From NCBI GenBank assembly GCA_013115125.1, contig JABANN010000280.1, forward strand, positions 1 through 43,694: a DNA stretch of 43,694 nt, read 5' to 3'. Under the pieces are notes generated by a model. That model worked only from the letters and a program-made list of their open reading frames with translations. It was not told the DNA's origin and did no database searches. Within the stretch, counting starts at the first letter, position 1. Each line of letters starts with the position of its first letter. Source of the stretch: Perkinsus olseni. Lineage: Eukaryota. Positions 1 to 12,379 of this stretch are shown here, in pieces. The position numbers and the translations under genes were made by a program.

Positions 1-1109
1 TGGATGTGGAACCCGGATTTGTCGCCGTGGACTTGGAACCCGGAAAGGCTTAGCACTTTAATTGGCTCCAGGTTATTGTAACCGTAGTCGTTACCATCGA
101 AGTCTTCGACGAACTTATGCCAGGCTGCGTCGTTGTCGAACTTAGCGCGTTCCTCCTCCTTCAGAGGAACGAGAACAGCGTTGTTGTACCACCCAGCATC
201 TTCCTTGAGGAACTCGTCGAATGTCAGCTTATGAATTCCTTGCGCAGCGGCTTCCACAGCGTACAATACACCAGTACTTGGCTCACGCAAGAAGATGACA
301 CTATGACTGGCCACTGAGCCACTTACCCACATGATAGAAGCACTGCTTCCGACCATGTAGGTAACGAGGACAGCGTCGCCAGGATGGATGTCCTCCTCAT
401 TGATATCGACACCACCAGGATCGGTCCTCTTGTCGAAGGTCAGTTCGGGGTAGCGCTGGAGGAACTCGAACACGTCATGGCTGAATAGGAAGTCAGCGGT
501 CTTTATGATGCCTTCTACGGCGGAAGAGAAGGAAGTACGGAGATCAAAAATATATACCTTCCCGGAGTCCGAAGACCACTTGTAAGTTTCAGTACCCCGG
601 AAGAATCGATACTGCATGTCGAAGTCAGCGGCGTTGCCCAAGATGAGATATTCAGCGCACATGGAAGACACAGGATGCTTGTACGTGGCCTCAATCGTGA
701 GAGAGCCATCGGACTCGGGGTACGAATGCACCTTGATAGTCCCGAAACATCGGCCCTCGAATTCATAGCTTTCCTCGGAGGATCGGCCCAGTGTGGCAAC
801 GTGTCGAGGCACGAAATTCCAGTACATGTCCTCACCCTTGATATCGTGGCCCAGGTCATCCAGAGCGCCCCATGCAACCTTCTTCAGCTCAGAACCAGCC
901 CAAGACTTGATCTTAGCCATGGTTGAATTGAACCAATCAGGGACTGAGCGTGTTCCCGTTTCAGTCGGACCCTCGCTCAGAACCGACTCGACGTCTTTGG
1001 AAGAAATAAGGGTAACAGGGGAACCGAACATGCCATTGTCGCCCGCTAGCTGAGCATCACATACACCGAGAAGACCAGCAACAGCTACCGAAATGGGGGT
1101 AAATCGCAT
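1..1109 (-). CDS. Secreted permuted papain-like (NlpC/P60-type) amidase/peptidase-like protein, truncated by the window edge, intronless in the visible part
   Basis: My translation from the ATG at 1109 stays open to the edge (not in the ORF track because it has no stop). It begins MRFTPISVAVAGLLGVCDAQ (signal peptide) and later reads DIHPGDAVLV...ASHSVIFLREPSTGVLYAVEA...AVLVPLKEEERAKFDNDAAWHKFVEDFDGNDYGYNN, the GD...H...YGY order of permuted NlpC/P60 proteins. Confidence 0.75.
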   Translation of the reverse strand, partial: MRFTPISVAVAGLLGVCDAQLAGDNGMFGSPVTLISSKDVESVLSEGPTETGTRSVPDWFNSTMAKIKSWAGSELKKVAWGALDDLGHDIKGEDMYWNFVPRHVATLGRSSEESYEFEGRCFGTIKVHSYPESDGSLTIEATYKHPVSSMCAEYLILGNAADFDMQYRFFRGTETYKWSSDSGKVYIFDLRTSFSSAVEGIIKTADFLFSHDVFEFLQRYPELTFDKRTDPGGVDINEEDIHPGDAVLVTYMVGSSASIMWVSGSVASHSVIFLREPSTGVLYAVEAAAQGIHKLTFDEFLKEDAGWYNNAVLVPLKEEERAKFDNDAAWHKFVEDFDGNDYGYNNLEPIKVLSLSGFQVHGDKSGFHI

Positions 1110-1545
1110 GGTAATGTACCGGTGGAGTGAGAACAGTAGGTTCGTTGAAGACAACCGATGAAGTAGCTAAGATGCACACAAAGGCTGTCTCTGAACGGCG
1201 CTGGGCCGGCGGCTCATCATCCGATAAATCATCCGATTTCGAATCATTGATTTGAGGACAGCGGATCGCGGTCCAGCATGTCCAAGGAGGGCCAACGTAG
1301 GCACAGCAACACCAATGATTCCAGTAATATCTTTATTTACGAATGATCTCAAGGACGAATGGACCGCGTCAAGGATGCGTGCCATTTTCATGAGAGTTAT
1401 GTAGCAGTCCTATACATCTCTGATGGTCTGAGTGACTCGGACCGGGTCATTCACATGTGAACGGTCTACGACGCCGTGACCGATCAAGCGAGTTACGTAG
1501 CCCCCGAGAACATACGCTGAAACTGTCCTTTCCTTGAATACTATG

Positions 1546-3534
1546 CTACAATTCGTCAACTCCGACTCCGATTGCGATGTTTACGGATTGTAGTGCAAGC
1601 TGAGTTGCTGAGACGTCGGGAAGTGGGCCTTCGATGATCCTATACTCCGATATAGACGTTCTTCTGCACCCATGAATATCCTGTCCTTTGGTGCTGGCCG
1701 AGGTTCTTCGAGACGGTGTGTCTAGATGAATCATTCTAATCTGGAATTATCGTGTAGTGAGTAACCCTTATGCCATGATGATGACTTCTCCCTGTTGCGC
1801 GACGGTGATGTGGGCAGCATTTGAGACACTTTTCCTCGGCTTGTCGGCGTTCGGGCGAGCACGAGATTTGTATGGCTGAGGTACTGTGAGGAGTGTTCCA
1901 ATATAACGAGTGATCCGATATAACAGGCAATATTCCAGTACATTAAGCGACATTGTCGCTGAGACAAGGTGTCGAACGACTTATGAAGAAGGTTCACAAG
2001 AGCAAGGCGCGTGAGCACACGTCGAGAAGATCATAGCTTGTTATCTCCCTCCAGCTAACATTTTTCTGGGGGTTACGCATTCCTGGGCGTAGGCCAGGTA
2101 CTCTGGTGTTGGCTGCTTTTATGACAGTCAATCACTCCGCTGCGTGCGCAACTCAGACATCACCGCAGCTAATGTTCGCAAGCCCTTAAAGGCCTCATAG
2201 TTACTAATTTCGGCAACTCCAGGGAGAAGTCATCCGCGTGTCCTACGTTGGTCAATCTTGCCCGACCGGATACCTCACTATAACACGTACTACTTTGTTG
2301 AGTTATACTGAAACTGATGATAAACTCTGTCAGAAACTACGGATCAATGAAATCATCTAAGTTGGTACACCTTCTTCTCACTGCAAACGAGCACTATCAC
2401 AGCCGACGATGTACGAGGGAGGGCGTGACACTGTCAACGAAGAGCTTCCGAAGTTCATCCCCCAGAGCCTTATCGCCGTGATTGACCAGTTCAGATATCC
2501 TTGCCCGTAACTGAGAAGGTTCGCTAGTAACCAGCTGTAACAAGGAGCAGTACCGCTAGCGATTCACGCACAGCCTAGAGAGTCGCTTACAGTCATCGGC
2601 AAGGGATCCTGCTTCCTCTCAAGCAATGCCCTCAAGTCTTCAAGATTTGGGGGACTGTCGGTGTCGAAACCTTGCAAGTCAGGAAGATCGCGGCGATATT
2701 TCCGTAAGGCATCCCTGACCGCACTCATCTCGGGATACTCGGCTCGAGCCTAAGCAGAGAGAAATGAGGAATTACATAGATAGTAACGGCAGCACCTGGT
2801 CCCTGAGGTCCTCGGGAGCTTCAACCAATCTGTCAGGCTCTAATTCCAGCATTTGTGCGATGACGTCGAATTTCTTGACCACAGTTTGGGCTGCCGCGTT
2901 GCCATTGTTCCCCTACACGGTCACTCGACTCTTACTGGAAGCTGTTATACTAACTCACCAGAGCTTTCCCTTTCCACCATTGCTCGGCCTGTTGCAACGA
3001 CCTCTCGGTGATGCGGAAGTCCTCAAGCACTTTGCTCTGCCTTGCAAGTAACCTTCCCCCGATGGAAGGGAATCTGAGCCACAGTATGGTTAGCACAGAA
3101 CAGAACGAAGTATAGAAATACCTCGCGGCAACTGATAGGATGGGCTCCTCACCCTGAGCACTTCCCTTGGGAAGTTTGCGAGCCTGAACTTGCCGATCCT
3201 CGCCGTAGCGCACCCCGCTGTTCCGTGTCTCGCTTACCTCAATTTCTTTGGCAGCGACCCAGCACTCAACAGACGCTGCCCATAGCTCATCAAACAGTGC
3301 CAAGCCGAGACAGTCCAGTACACGTGAGATGAGAGTCGGGCCGTCCACCGACAGCCTCCCGACTAACTCTGCATGCAAAGCTTGCGACCGACGCCTCATT
3401 GCTAGTACGGACTGAAATGAAGGATTCCCACACATACTTGAATGCAGAAGATGTCTTACCAAGGTAATCGCGGTCAAAACTCCGGTGAATAGCGCGATGC
3501 TAGCGGCAGAGCGACCGGCTACTTGGTACGGCAT
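1546..3534 (-). CDS. Hypothetical multi-exon protein with an N-terminal hydrophobic segment
   Basis: Exons join through short GT-AG introns: MPYQVAGRSAASIALFTGVLTAITL|SVLAMRRRSQ...|GNNGNAAAQTVVKKFDVIAQMLEL|ARAEYPEMSAVRDALRKY|LVTSEPSQLRARISELV...|IIEGPLPDVSATQLALQSVNIAIGVGVDEL*. No domain recognised. Some middle junctions are unresolved. Confidence 0.5.
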
Positions 3535-3758
3535 GGATCAGAGTGAACTACAAAGAAAATCGGAGCCTCAGACCCTAATCCGGTGGAAGCACTCGAAGGC
3601 AACGCGGAAGCGGCACAAGTCTCTCTCGTCACAATGAGCAGCAGCAAAGACATACATTAATGATGAGGGTGGTGCATATGACCCAGGGATAGCCGGACTT
3701 GGTTCATTTACAATACTAAAAAACTTTCTGTAGCCCAAGCCACTGACAGTATAGTAAT

Positions 3759-4852
3759 TCAATCTTCATTGATCCACTGAAGGAATTGATCCCTCGACAA
3801 GGATTTGCCGTCTCCTACTTGAGCCAGGATTTCCTGCGTATCGAATAACAGAGATTCCAATGCCCTGACGGTCAGCCAGAGTACCTCAGCGTCGGTGGTT
3901 GTAGTAACGAGGAAATTGTTGGCCGCCATGATCTCGAACATTCCGTCTTCGTCCAGCTGCCCGCTGTCGGGATTCTTGTACGTCTCGAAGGTGTCAGCTG
4001 CCTTCGACTCCTCGCGTAAAGCAGTCTTTAAAACATGAGTATCGAAATTTCTAAACAAGAGCTCACTCCAGATCGAATGGGGAAAGACCTGGATCTAGGT
4101 CTCACTTCATGTTGTGGATGAACTCGGCGAAGTCAATAAAATTCGATTGATCCTCGTCCCACCTGACGAGCCGTCACTGACGACCGAGCTCCCAATACGC
4201 TACAGGCAGACTCACTCTCGCCACAGCTTCATAGCGTAGGTATGTAAAGATTTGGGAGGTACTGTGCGTCCAACCTGATCAGTTCTTGCCGCGCGGATGA
4301 AGATCGAGGCGACTTGATACCTTGTTCTTGACGATCTTCATAAAACTGTTGACGTTGATAAGTCCTCCTTTTGAGAGTTCGTCAAAGGGTCTGCGCCATG
4401 CGATCAATTCATCCTCCCTGGACGAACGGATATAGAACAGCCAGGCATGGTGTAGCTACTGAATAGTACCTATACTTATCATAGTCACTCCCCATCCAGG
4501 ACTTCCACTTCTTGACGTGGTGCTCGGTATACCTACAAACTCCTCCTGGGTGTGTGCACTTCCCACCAAGAAGTATTACTCAACCTCGTCATCTTTTCTG
4601 TATTTGAAATCACCCCCACTCCACAGACGAGGCGTCTGACTTGCGAAGGCGAGCCTCTGATGGGCTGCAAATACGGGAATGCGACGCTCTGAGACAATAA
4701 CAGCCGTCATAACACCGAATGCAGAGACAAATGCGTGACATGGCATGCTAACATGTAGAACGGCATCGGGGTTACGGACCAGTACCTTGTCGCATCCTGT
4801 TGCGTAGAGTGAACCTCAGGGCACACCTGTTGAACGACGATGGAAGCAGCAT
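3759..4852 (-). CDS. EF-hand calcium-binding protein, possibly mitochondrion-targeted
   Basis: The spliced model contains a canonical loop WDEDQSNFIDFAEF (~4120-4162) and degenerate EF-like segments KNPDSGQLDEDGMFEIM and GDGKSLSRDQFLQWI. The N-terminus is R/S/A-rich (RRIPVFAAHQRLAFASQTPRLW). Start approximate. Confidence 0.75.
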
Positions 4853-4986
4853 TGGTATCACTGGAACTGAAACAAGTACCAAATGCAGTTACTGCATCGC
4901 AATACCGGTTCTGATGGCTAATGTAAACACTGGTGACCAGTAGACGGCCAAGAGGGTGCTTCGATCGTCTTTTCGAACTGACTGAC

Positions 4987-6400
4987 CTAACAACTAATTA
5001 GGTATGAGACATAGACCCGTTCAATGTACATATCGACGCAAATACTGTAGGCCTCCAGAGTACAACCGAAGTTGTATACGTTTGTTGCCAGTCTCGATTG
5101 ATGAGGACCATGGCTAGTTGCACTGTTTCGAGTGAGTATAAGATAGCAAGATTCAGGCCTTTCGTCGTGGGTCGTGGTTGATGCGTCAAGTCGAATGTCC
5201 GTGATACCGTCGACTGGAGAAGATTGACGCTTCTTTCTCAGCACCTGCTTGTTGAGCCCACGGTCCGGTGACTGATTTCTTGATTGATTGCCACCGTGTA
5301 ATGGTGTTCCCGAGAAGTGGTCCCACTTCCTTCCGATACATAGAAGGAGATAGGACTATGGGTGTCAGTAGTCCTAACAAGCGTCGAGCATCCGATGCTA
5401 CGAGAGACATGTAATTCGTGGGATTCTCATAGAGGGCCCGCAACCGTCTGACTGCATCGGTACGGCTTCATCACTTCGAAAACGTCTTAGCCCCTGATCT
5501 GAGCCCATGATATTATAGGAACTTCATCGTTATCATTGCAGGCCTGCTATTGACCCTCCTACGAAGAGACTGCGTTCCTCTGAGGGATTGACAAGAGGAA
5601 CAGGCAAGACTCCGACCTGTAGTGATGGTAGGTCTCTGGCATCATTTCTGGTAAACCCTCGTTACGAGTCTCAAGCAGGCCAATTGGGAGATGTCAAGGG
5701 AGAGTACTTGGCTACGGCTCACTATGGTCAACAACCCCAGGGAGAACAGAACATGCTGCCTAAGCTATCTTTCCAGCAGTACCGGATGAAGGAACAACTT
5801 CGAGCATACATGGAAGAGGTAGTAATGGAATTAGTGTGTACTCTATTTGAGGTGTTCAATCGCAGGAGGTCCGGCGAATGCGGTGCGAGCAGAAGCATCG
5901 CTCCTGTGGATATCTCTACGAGGACTGCTCGAAAGGTCCTGGAGATGGTGGTCACTCGAGATGATTCAATTGATGCAAGTCTATGATAATCGTCCTACAC
6001 TCGTGGGAGCCTCCAGTGTTGATTCTCCTATGAGACGGCGACTGAGATGTTCTTCATGGCTTACGTATTATCCTGTACAGTTCCCGCGAGCAATGCAATC
6101 CGCTAGTACTATCATTAACAATCGCGTAACACTCATCGTATTGCGCTTTCACGTGCACCGCAAATATTAAGAAGATGAAGATAATGGCACAGACAGTTCA
6201 CTACCCTTCCCAGTCGACACTGCATCGGTCCAAGCTTTGAGGTATGTGATGCTAGATGTGATCACAGGAATCTTTCGTCTCACAGGCATTGTCTTGTGTT
6301 AATGTTTTTGCTAATTCGGGGAGGCAGTAGCTCCTTTGCGCCGCCGCTCTAGCGGCTCGTCATGCTTTCGTCAGCCTTTGGTGGCTTGAGGGTATTTCGC
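4987..6400 (-). CDS. Probable hypothetical multi-exon gene, poorly resolved
   Basis: Minus-strand exon-like segments bounded by GT/AG, e.g. RALYENPTNYMSLVASDARRLLGLLTPIVLSPSMYRKEVGPLLG. I could not build a full model. Confidence 0.3.
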
Positions 6401-6444
6401 AGACGACAATGGAGGCTCTTCAAGAAACGTTTATGGCGGTTTGA

Positions 6445-6858
6445 TCAGCAGTAAATGTCTATGTTGCCAAAGCCTGCATAATCAAGTGGGTCTGGCCCAG
6501 GTACTGGGTATTCAGTGCGGGGATACCTCTGTGTATAATGACCTACTTCGGCGTCTACGTAGGGTGTGTAGTTATGGATAAGCAGTATGAGATGAAGTAC
6601 CACTGTCATCGTGTCGATCATAAACCTGCAATACAGCTGGGGTAGATACCTCCGGAAACAATCTCTATCGTACAGAGAGAATACGTTAGAGGATGAACAC
6701 AGAATGATGGCGGATATGATAGAAAGGGCTAAGGTAGCAATTGTGGCGATCTGTTGTAGCGTCAGTGTGATCTTCAGGATGACTTTGAAATGGTTCCTGT
6801 GCCTAACCAGGCACGATGATGTGTAATATGGTGTAATGCGATAGTTTTCGATGGACAT
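6445..6858 (-). CDS. Small hypothetical membrane protein
   Basis: ORF with one TM-like stretch IATIATLALSIISAIILC; it probably includes short in-frame introns. Confidence 0.5.
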   Translation of the reverse strand: MSIENYRITPYYTSSCLVRHRNHFKVILKITLTLQQIATIATLALSIISAIILCSSSNVFSLYDRDCFRRYLPQLYCRFMIDTMTVVLHLILLIHNYTPYVDAEVGHYTQRYPRTEYPVPGPDPLDYAGFGNIDIYC

Positions 6859-6916
6859 GTGGTAGCAGAGTTACAATTTTTTAACAATTATGAGCGGGAT
6901 ACGGGTCTTCGCGCAA

Positions 6917-9900
6917 ATGACACAACAGCAGCATCAGCAGGACGGCAAGATGAAGGTTGCCACATCCCAGCAGGCAAAGAAGCGGGACTCAGCATTCTTG
7001 ATCCGATCGACTGGGCAGAAGTGAGTACAAACTGCCTGCCGACGAGGCGCCGACGACTATTTTTCGATGTCAGAAGTCAGTGTACTCATCGATCAGCGTC
7101 AATGCCTCCATCGTCCCTAAATTCAGGAGCCGCAGCTATAGCTCAGGCGGAATACCGGAAGGAGGTGAGCGGCCCGCATAAGATGCCCTGCCTGATATCA
7201 CGTGAGCAAGATGCGCTTGGAGAAGGAGAAATCGGAGAAAGAACGTCACAAGCGGTTAGCTGAGACAAGCCGCAGGTAGATGCTCATTCTCCTCGGCGAA
7301 CTGCTTGGCACCGCTCATCAGGGCGGTGATGAAGATACGTGACTCTCTACGCGACAGTGGAACCGTAAGGGGGAGAAACTATTCGCGGGCGGCCGTTATG
7401 TAACACACTCCTCGCTCAGTTGGCGGAGATTAAGGAAGCCAGGGGGTATAACTTGCAAGAGCTCAAGGTGGTAAATACTGGTGCTAGGTTGGACGCGAGG
7501 CGTCGTGACAGTGCCCCAGTCGCGGTTTGTAGCAAACCCAAAACGGCGATGAGTCGCAAGCGTGTGAGTTACGATTTCGATGCAGCTACCTCGTCGGGTT
7601 TGGAGGTTAGGTCTTCATCATCAAAGGGGGGTATAACGATCTCAAGGAAGCCTTACTGAGGCGAGGGTGGGTAGAGAATCTCGATTCGAAAAGTACATCA
7701 TTGGAATATGGCGAGTGTGGCGTAGTATGTTGGGTGCTAGGTACGAACTTCGATCTCAAGTGGACTCTGAATGCCAAGGATATTGACTATATAGCTCTCA
7801 AGGATGGTCAAATGGCCAACCATTTCGGCAGGAATAGAGAAATTACCACGAAGACAGGTGACTGGATGGCCGTAACTTTGCGTGCGAATAGCCACGCTAG
7901 GTCTGACGAGCAATCTGCGGCACTCCTACTCCGTGCATAACCTCACCGATATGGATGACTACTACCCCAGAGCTTATGATCTCAGTGACCCTCAGGATGT
8001 CGGAGACTTCATATTGGTAGCTTGTGTGGTGTAGGGTTCGAAAGATTTTTTACATAACTGATTGTATCTAATCAGGAATATAAACTTACAAAGTGTATGA
8101 GTATACTACGGCAATTCCTGCATAACGTCACCAGCTACTCGGACGCCTCTACCCTCACGTGAGTTTATTTTCGGCGCATTGGTATCAGCATACCGGCAAG
8201 GTACGGCCCGCGTATAGTAGATACAGCTCTGAGGGTATGTGAGAGGCTGCAGCGGGACATTAATGATGTGATAGATTCCGAGCTTGTATCCTTTGGACAT
8301 GGCAATATCAGTAGAGCGGAATGGGAGCTCCTGCGCTATGTCTCTCTAAACGACCCCCAGGAGTGTGTCGACGATGGTGAAGGTAATGCGATATTCGCCC
8401 AATGGTTCCAGTGACGTGTTACATAAGGGACGCTTCCACAGTCCCTGTTGACTACGGATCTTCAACCCCTGGGCGCTGACTCTGAGTCGATCGATGAGGC
8501 AGATGAGGATCAAAGGGAGGTAATGAGCTCAAGTAGGCGAGATTAGAGGACTCTTCTCCCAGGCGACATCGTCGAGTATTCGCGGTTCTGCAGCTGATGT
8601 AGCTTCCTGCGCTCGTTATGTCAGTGCTAGTCACTACAGAGAAAAGCCTCTCGGGCGATGGACTATAGCAGAGGCTCAACGGTACTGTCAACAACTGACC
8701 TCTGATTTCTATACACGGCAGTGGCCTATCGTCAGAGTGCTGACCCACTCGTACTCTTCCTCGACGCAGGCAGCTCACGTTGATGGCTTCTCTAATGCTT
8801 GGATAGTAAGACGCACTTTCCAGCGGTCATTGTCCGATCGAGTAACAGATGAAGCCTGGTGGCAAATCTAGAGGAAGAGGGATCCAAATGATGAGATGTC
8901 TCCACGAAATCCTCAGTAGATGCGGATGTAGCGATGATGGCGATGGGTCAGCAGCGGCAGCAGACATAGAGCAATGGGTGGGAGTCCTGCAGATCGCTCT
9001 CTCGTGTTCGATGAGCGTGTTGCGGAGCGCCGGGGTTTGTTTTCATCGCTTCTATGTTCTTTCTGTAGGTGGTCCAGAAGTACATCGAACGACCACTGCT
9101 CATTATGGGGTATAAGTTCGACGTAAGAGTGTGGGTATTGGTGACTGATTGGAATCCTTTGTCCGTCTGGATATGGCAGAGGCCCTACATACGTTTCGCC
9201 AGCGAAAAGTCAGTCTCCAGCGACTTCTACTGTTTGGAATGATGACTAAGGTACGACGCAACGCTTCGGTGTGATGATAAGTTCGTCCATATGGTCAACA
9301 ACAGTATAGTGAAGGACCACCCAGAGTTCCACCTTTCTAGCGAGGAGATAGAAGGCTCCGATGGTTTTATGTGGTTCTTACACGACTTCCAGCGACATCT
9401 TCATAGTGCCTGCTGTGAGTGGCATGGAGTAGTTAACTATTGTTTAAGCCGGAGGGTCAGGCACGAACGAGGCGCACTCGACGCCTTGGCTTCAACCAAC
9501 TGGCCTGGATTGTGGCGAGGAGGGAGATAGTCCGGAAGGAGGTACCAAGGCACTCTGCTTCTGAGAGTCTTATCCCGAGTGCGGCAGCTGACAGGAGGGA
9601 TGGAGTCGCGAGCTCCTCCCAACCGTGTATCGACATATGGTCGGATCATCTGCAGCCACAGGTTCTACTCTGAGCGGCCGTATGTCATCTCTCCTCTCGT
9701 CACTATTTCAGATCGAAGAGATCATAGTGTCTTCGTTGTGGTGTGTATTTGATAATATCGAGCAGCGCAAGGGCAGCTGTGAGCTCCTTGGCTACGACTT
9801 TATGATATCCGATGACCCAATGCGAGACGAAAGTAGTTCTCGCCCCTACCTCGTCCTACATCTGCCTTCTAAGACCAATGGTACCCAGTAATCGGGCAAG

Positions 9901-10361
9901 GTAGTTCCAGTACACAACCCGACTTTCGTGCTTGGTTGATTGAAGTTAACTCATCACCGGCTATGGAATACAGTACCAAGGTGAGGAGTATTTGCACGAG
10001 GTGATGGCTAGGCTGGCGAGGAGCCGAGCTAGGTTACAGAAGTTCTTACAAAAGCTGTCATGGAAGACACGGTTAAGGTGCTAGTTGATTATAAAGACGA
10101 CCCTTCGGCGCCTACTGGTAGTATATGCCATCCACTGCGTATTCGAAAGAATTTCTCGCAGCTGCGTTCATCAGGATTCTGGAAGCTTTGCTACCGTTCG
10201 ACTAAATGCATCCCACGTCCTCTGGTCCAGTACTCTGTACTCAAAATAGTTGGTAAATCACTACGACCCCTCAAGAGGAAGGTGGGTGCTCAACAGTTTG
10301 ACTCTTATCATGTAATGTTCAGAAGCGGTCGATCCGACGTAGGCGGACAATGCCATCATGA
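6917..10361 (+). CDS. TTLL3: Tubulin-tyrosine ligase-like protein, TTLL3/TTLL8 (tubulin glycylase) subfamily
   Basis: Motifs across exons: DLKWT...[107 protein letters not shown]...[10 protein letters not shown]. Start approximate. Confidence 0.9.
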
Positions 10362-10545
10362 TGATCTGTATAAATTTTCTCGATGCCACCCACATGCAAC
10401 TACATGCTGCTCGTTCTAAGACTTGATTCTTCATGCGTTGAGTTGTTCACGCTGTCGGTCTCTCTTGATCTGATGTTCGTAGACCATGAACCACTGTTAG
10501 CAGTTGTTAGAAAACTTGCATGCCACATCATGACGAAGCGAGGCT

Positions 10546-11046
10546 TTGATGAAATGTTTGTTGGTAGGCGAGTACAGCCTAGGAGTTCCAAACTCGATGA
10601 TCGGTCGTCCTTCTGCCGCAGATACTTTCATGGATGTGGAATCTACAACGGATGAAGATCGAGAATCAGATAGTGATGCGAATGATGAGCATATTATCTC
10701 ACAAGAATCATACCGGGAGCCGAGATCAAAAAGATTTAGGCCTAAGCTAATGTCCTGGTCTAAGTGGGGGAATTCGTCGGTGTTTGTGACAAATTTGCCC
10801 CAACACACAAGTTCTGAAACATTGCTGGGAGTATTTTCTCATTGTGGTACTGTTATAGAGGCGCATGTCCCGACAATAGCTGAGACTGGTCGGACTCGCG
10901 GTTTTGGATACGTTCAGTTTGTTGATATCAGCTCTGTCCCCAGAGCGGTTGCTTTGTCGGGGTATGTTCTGCACGACCATCCTATACACGTCTTGCCTAA
11001 TGTAGATCCATCTTTTTTCTATTGGTCAATGAGGGTTCGAGAATAG
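10546..11046 (+). CDS. RRM RNA-binding protein
   Basis: RNP2 VFVTNL and RNP1 RGFGYVQF follow an acidic/basic linker. The true start may be the Met at ~10597. Confidence 0.85.
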   Translation: MMKCLLVGEYSLGVPNSMIGRPSAADTFMDVESTTDEDRESDSDANDEHIISQESYREPRSKRFRPKLMSWSKWGNSSVFVTNLPQHTSSETLLGVFSHCGTVIEAHVPTIAETGRTRGFGYVQFVDISSVPRAVALSGYVLHDHPIHVLPNVDPSFFYWSMRVRE

Positions 11047-12379
11047 CATGCTATTCGGCGTTTGATAAACCTATCATTGGCGGTGATGTCGATACGAACG
11101 ATAGCACTACCGACACACTTCTGATTTGCTGGTCTCTGTCGATGAATAAGTGTGTGGATTCGTGTTGCCGAATCATAAGGTGGGGGATTTCGAGGGAGTA
11201 CATAGTTTGTCGCCGTCTTATCACCCCTTACTACTTGTTCACCTCTATACGAGGCATGAGTATAAGGGGTGAGTATGGATAGCTCTTTAAAGTGTTGCCT
11301 TCAAGTAGTCATGCCCGCTGGGACAGCTTTACTTCAGTATGGGCGAGTAGGAACCTCGCCAGCAAGTCACAGCCGTAATAACTCGGCTCGGGCTCGTAGC
11401 CCATTTTTGCACGAACGACTATGGTAAAAGCATTCCACCGTCGGATAGAGGTTGGAGTAGAAGGGCTGGAGGAGAGAAGCTTGAGCTTTTGTCAATGTAA
11501 TAGTTAGGATCTTATCGTGGTTGTAAATTGCCAGCTGTGCATCAGCATCTATGCATATTCCCGGCAGATTGCTCATTTGTGGTGCTGCCAAGAGCTCGTG
11601 TGTCAGTGGTACTTGCTGAACTATTATGATATCCGAAATGAGTTATTGCCTATGGTCTACACGTCCCACACTATTGTGCGTATAAGAGTGGTTGCGCCGC
11701 CGATGTACTTGCGGCTTAGATTAGGAGCATCAGCTTGCTCCCGGTTCTAGTAAATTCTTCGCAGTCACGATAGATTGGGATTGCTGAATGGAACGCTAAT
11801 GTGATGATAATCTGAGCTGAACATTTGTCATACATGATGTGCACGGCTCCGGAGCGTGAGCTTGGGGCAGAGCGAGCTCAATCGTCGATACTACTACTCC
11901 CAGGGTGATCTGGGCCATAGACCTAAAGTTCGCCGGTGCGGTAAGACTCAAATGAACTGCCTCAGGTCATTGTTCTTATCGTCATTGGCACTTGTCGTGT
12001 CGAGTCAATCGTAGTGTGTCAATCAGCGAATCACTCGCCGAGTAACCTCCGGTCTGGTACACGAACATAGTATCTTGCAAGATAAGAGCGCCGATAAGGC
12101 TGAATCGATAAGGCTTGCTGTCTGAATGCTTTCAGTGATTCTGAGGATTTGGATCCAAATGATTTTGAAGATTGATACGGCTCGCCGGTAGCTTATGATA
12201 CCTGCCGACCACGCGCTCGTTTAGCTTTGTTAGCCGGCATACTGTGTGCATTGGTAGACAGATGTCTCACGATGACACGATATAGGGCGAGCGCTACCTT
12301 CACGTTGACTGCGCGCGCCTCTGTAGCAACATTTAGGTCGTCAAGTCGGCTGACGGAAGTTGATCGTTTGATTTCCCAT

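Noticed and set aside
117-1053. Plus-strand ORFs 117-317, 675-926 and 793-1053
   Set aside because: Antisense shadows of the long minus-strand CDS.
1165-1176. Possible relict spliced leader (CATCTTAGCT) upstream of the intronless first gene
   Set aside because: Only 9 of 10 nt match and the CAAG end is missing; insufficient.
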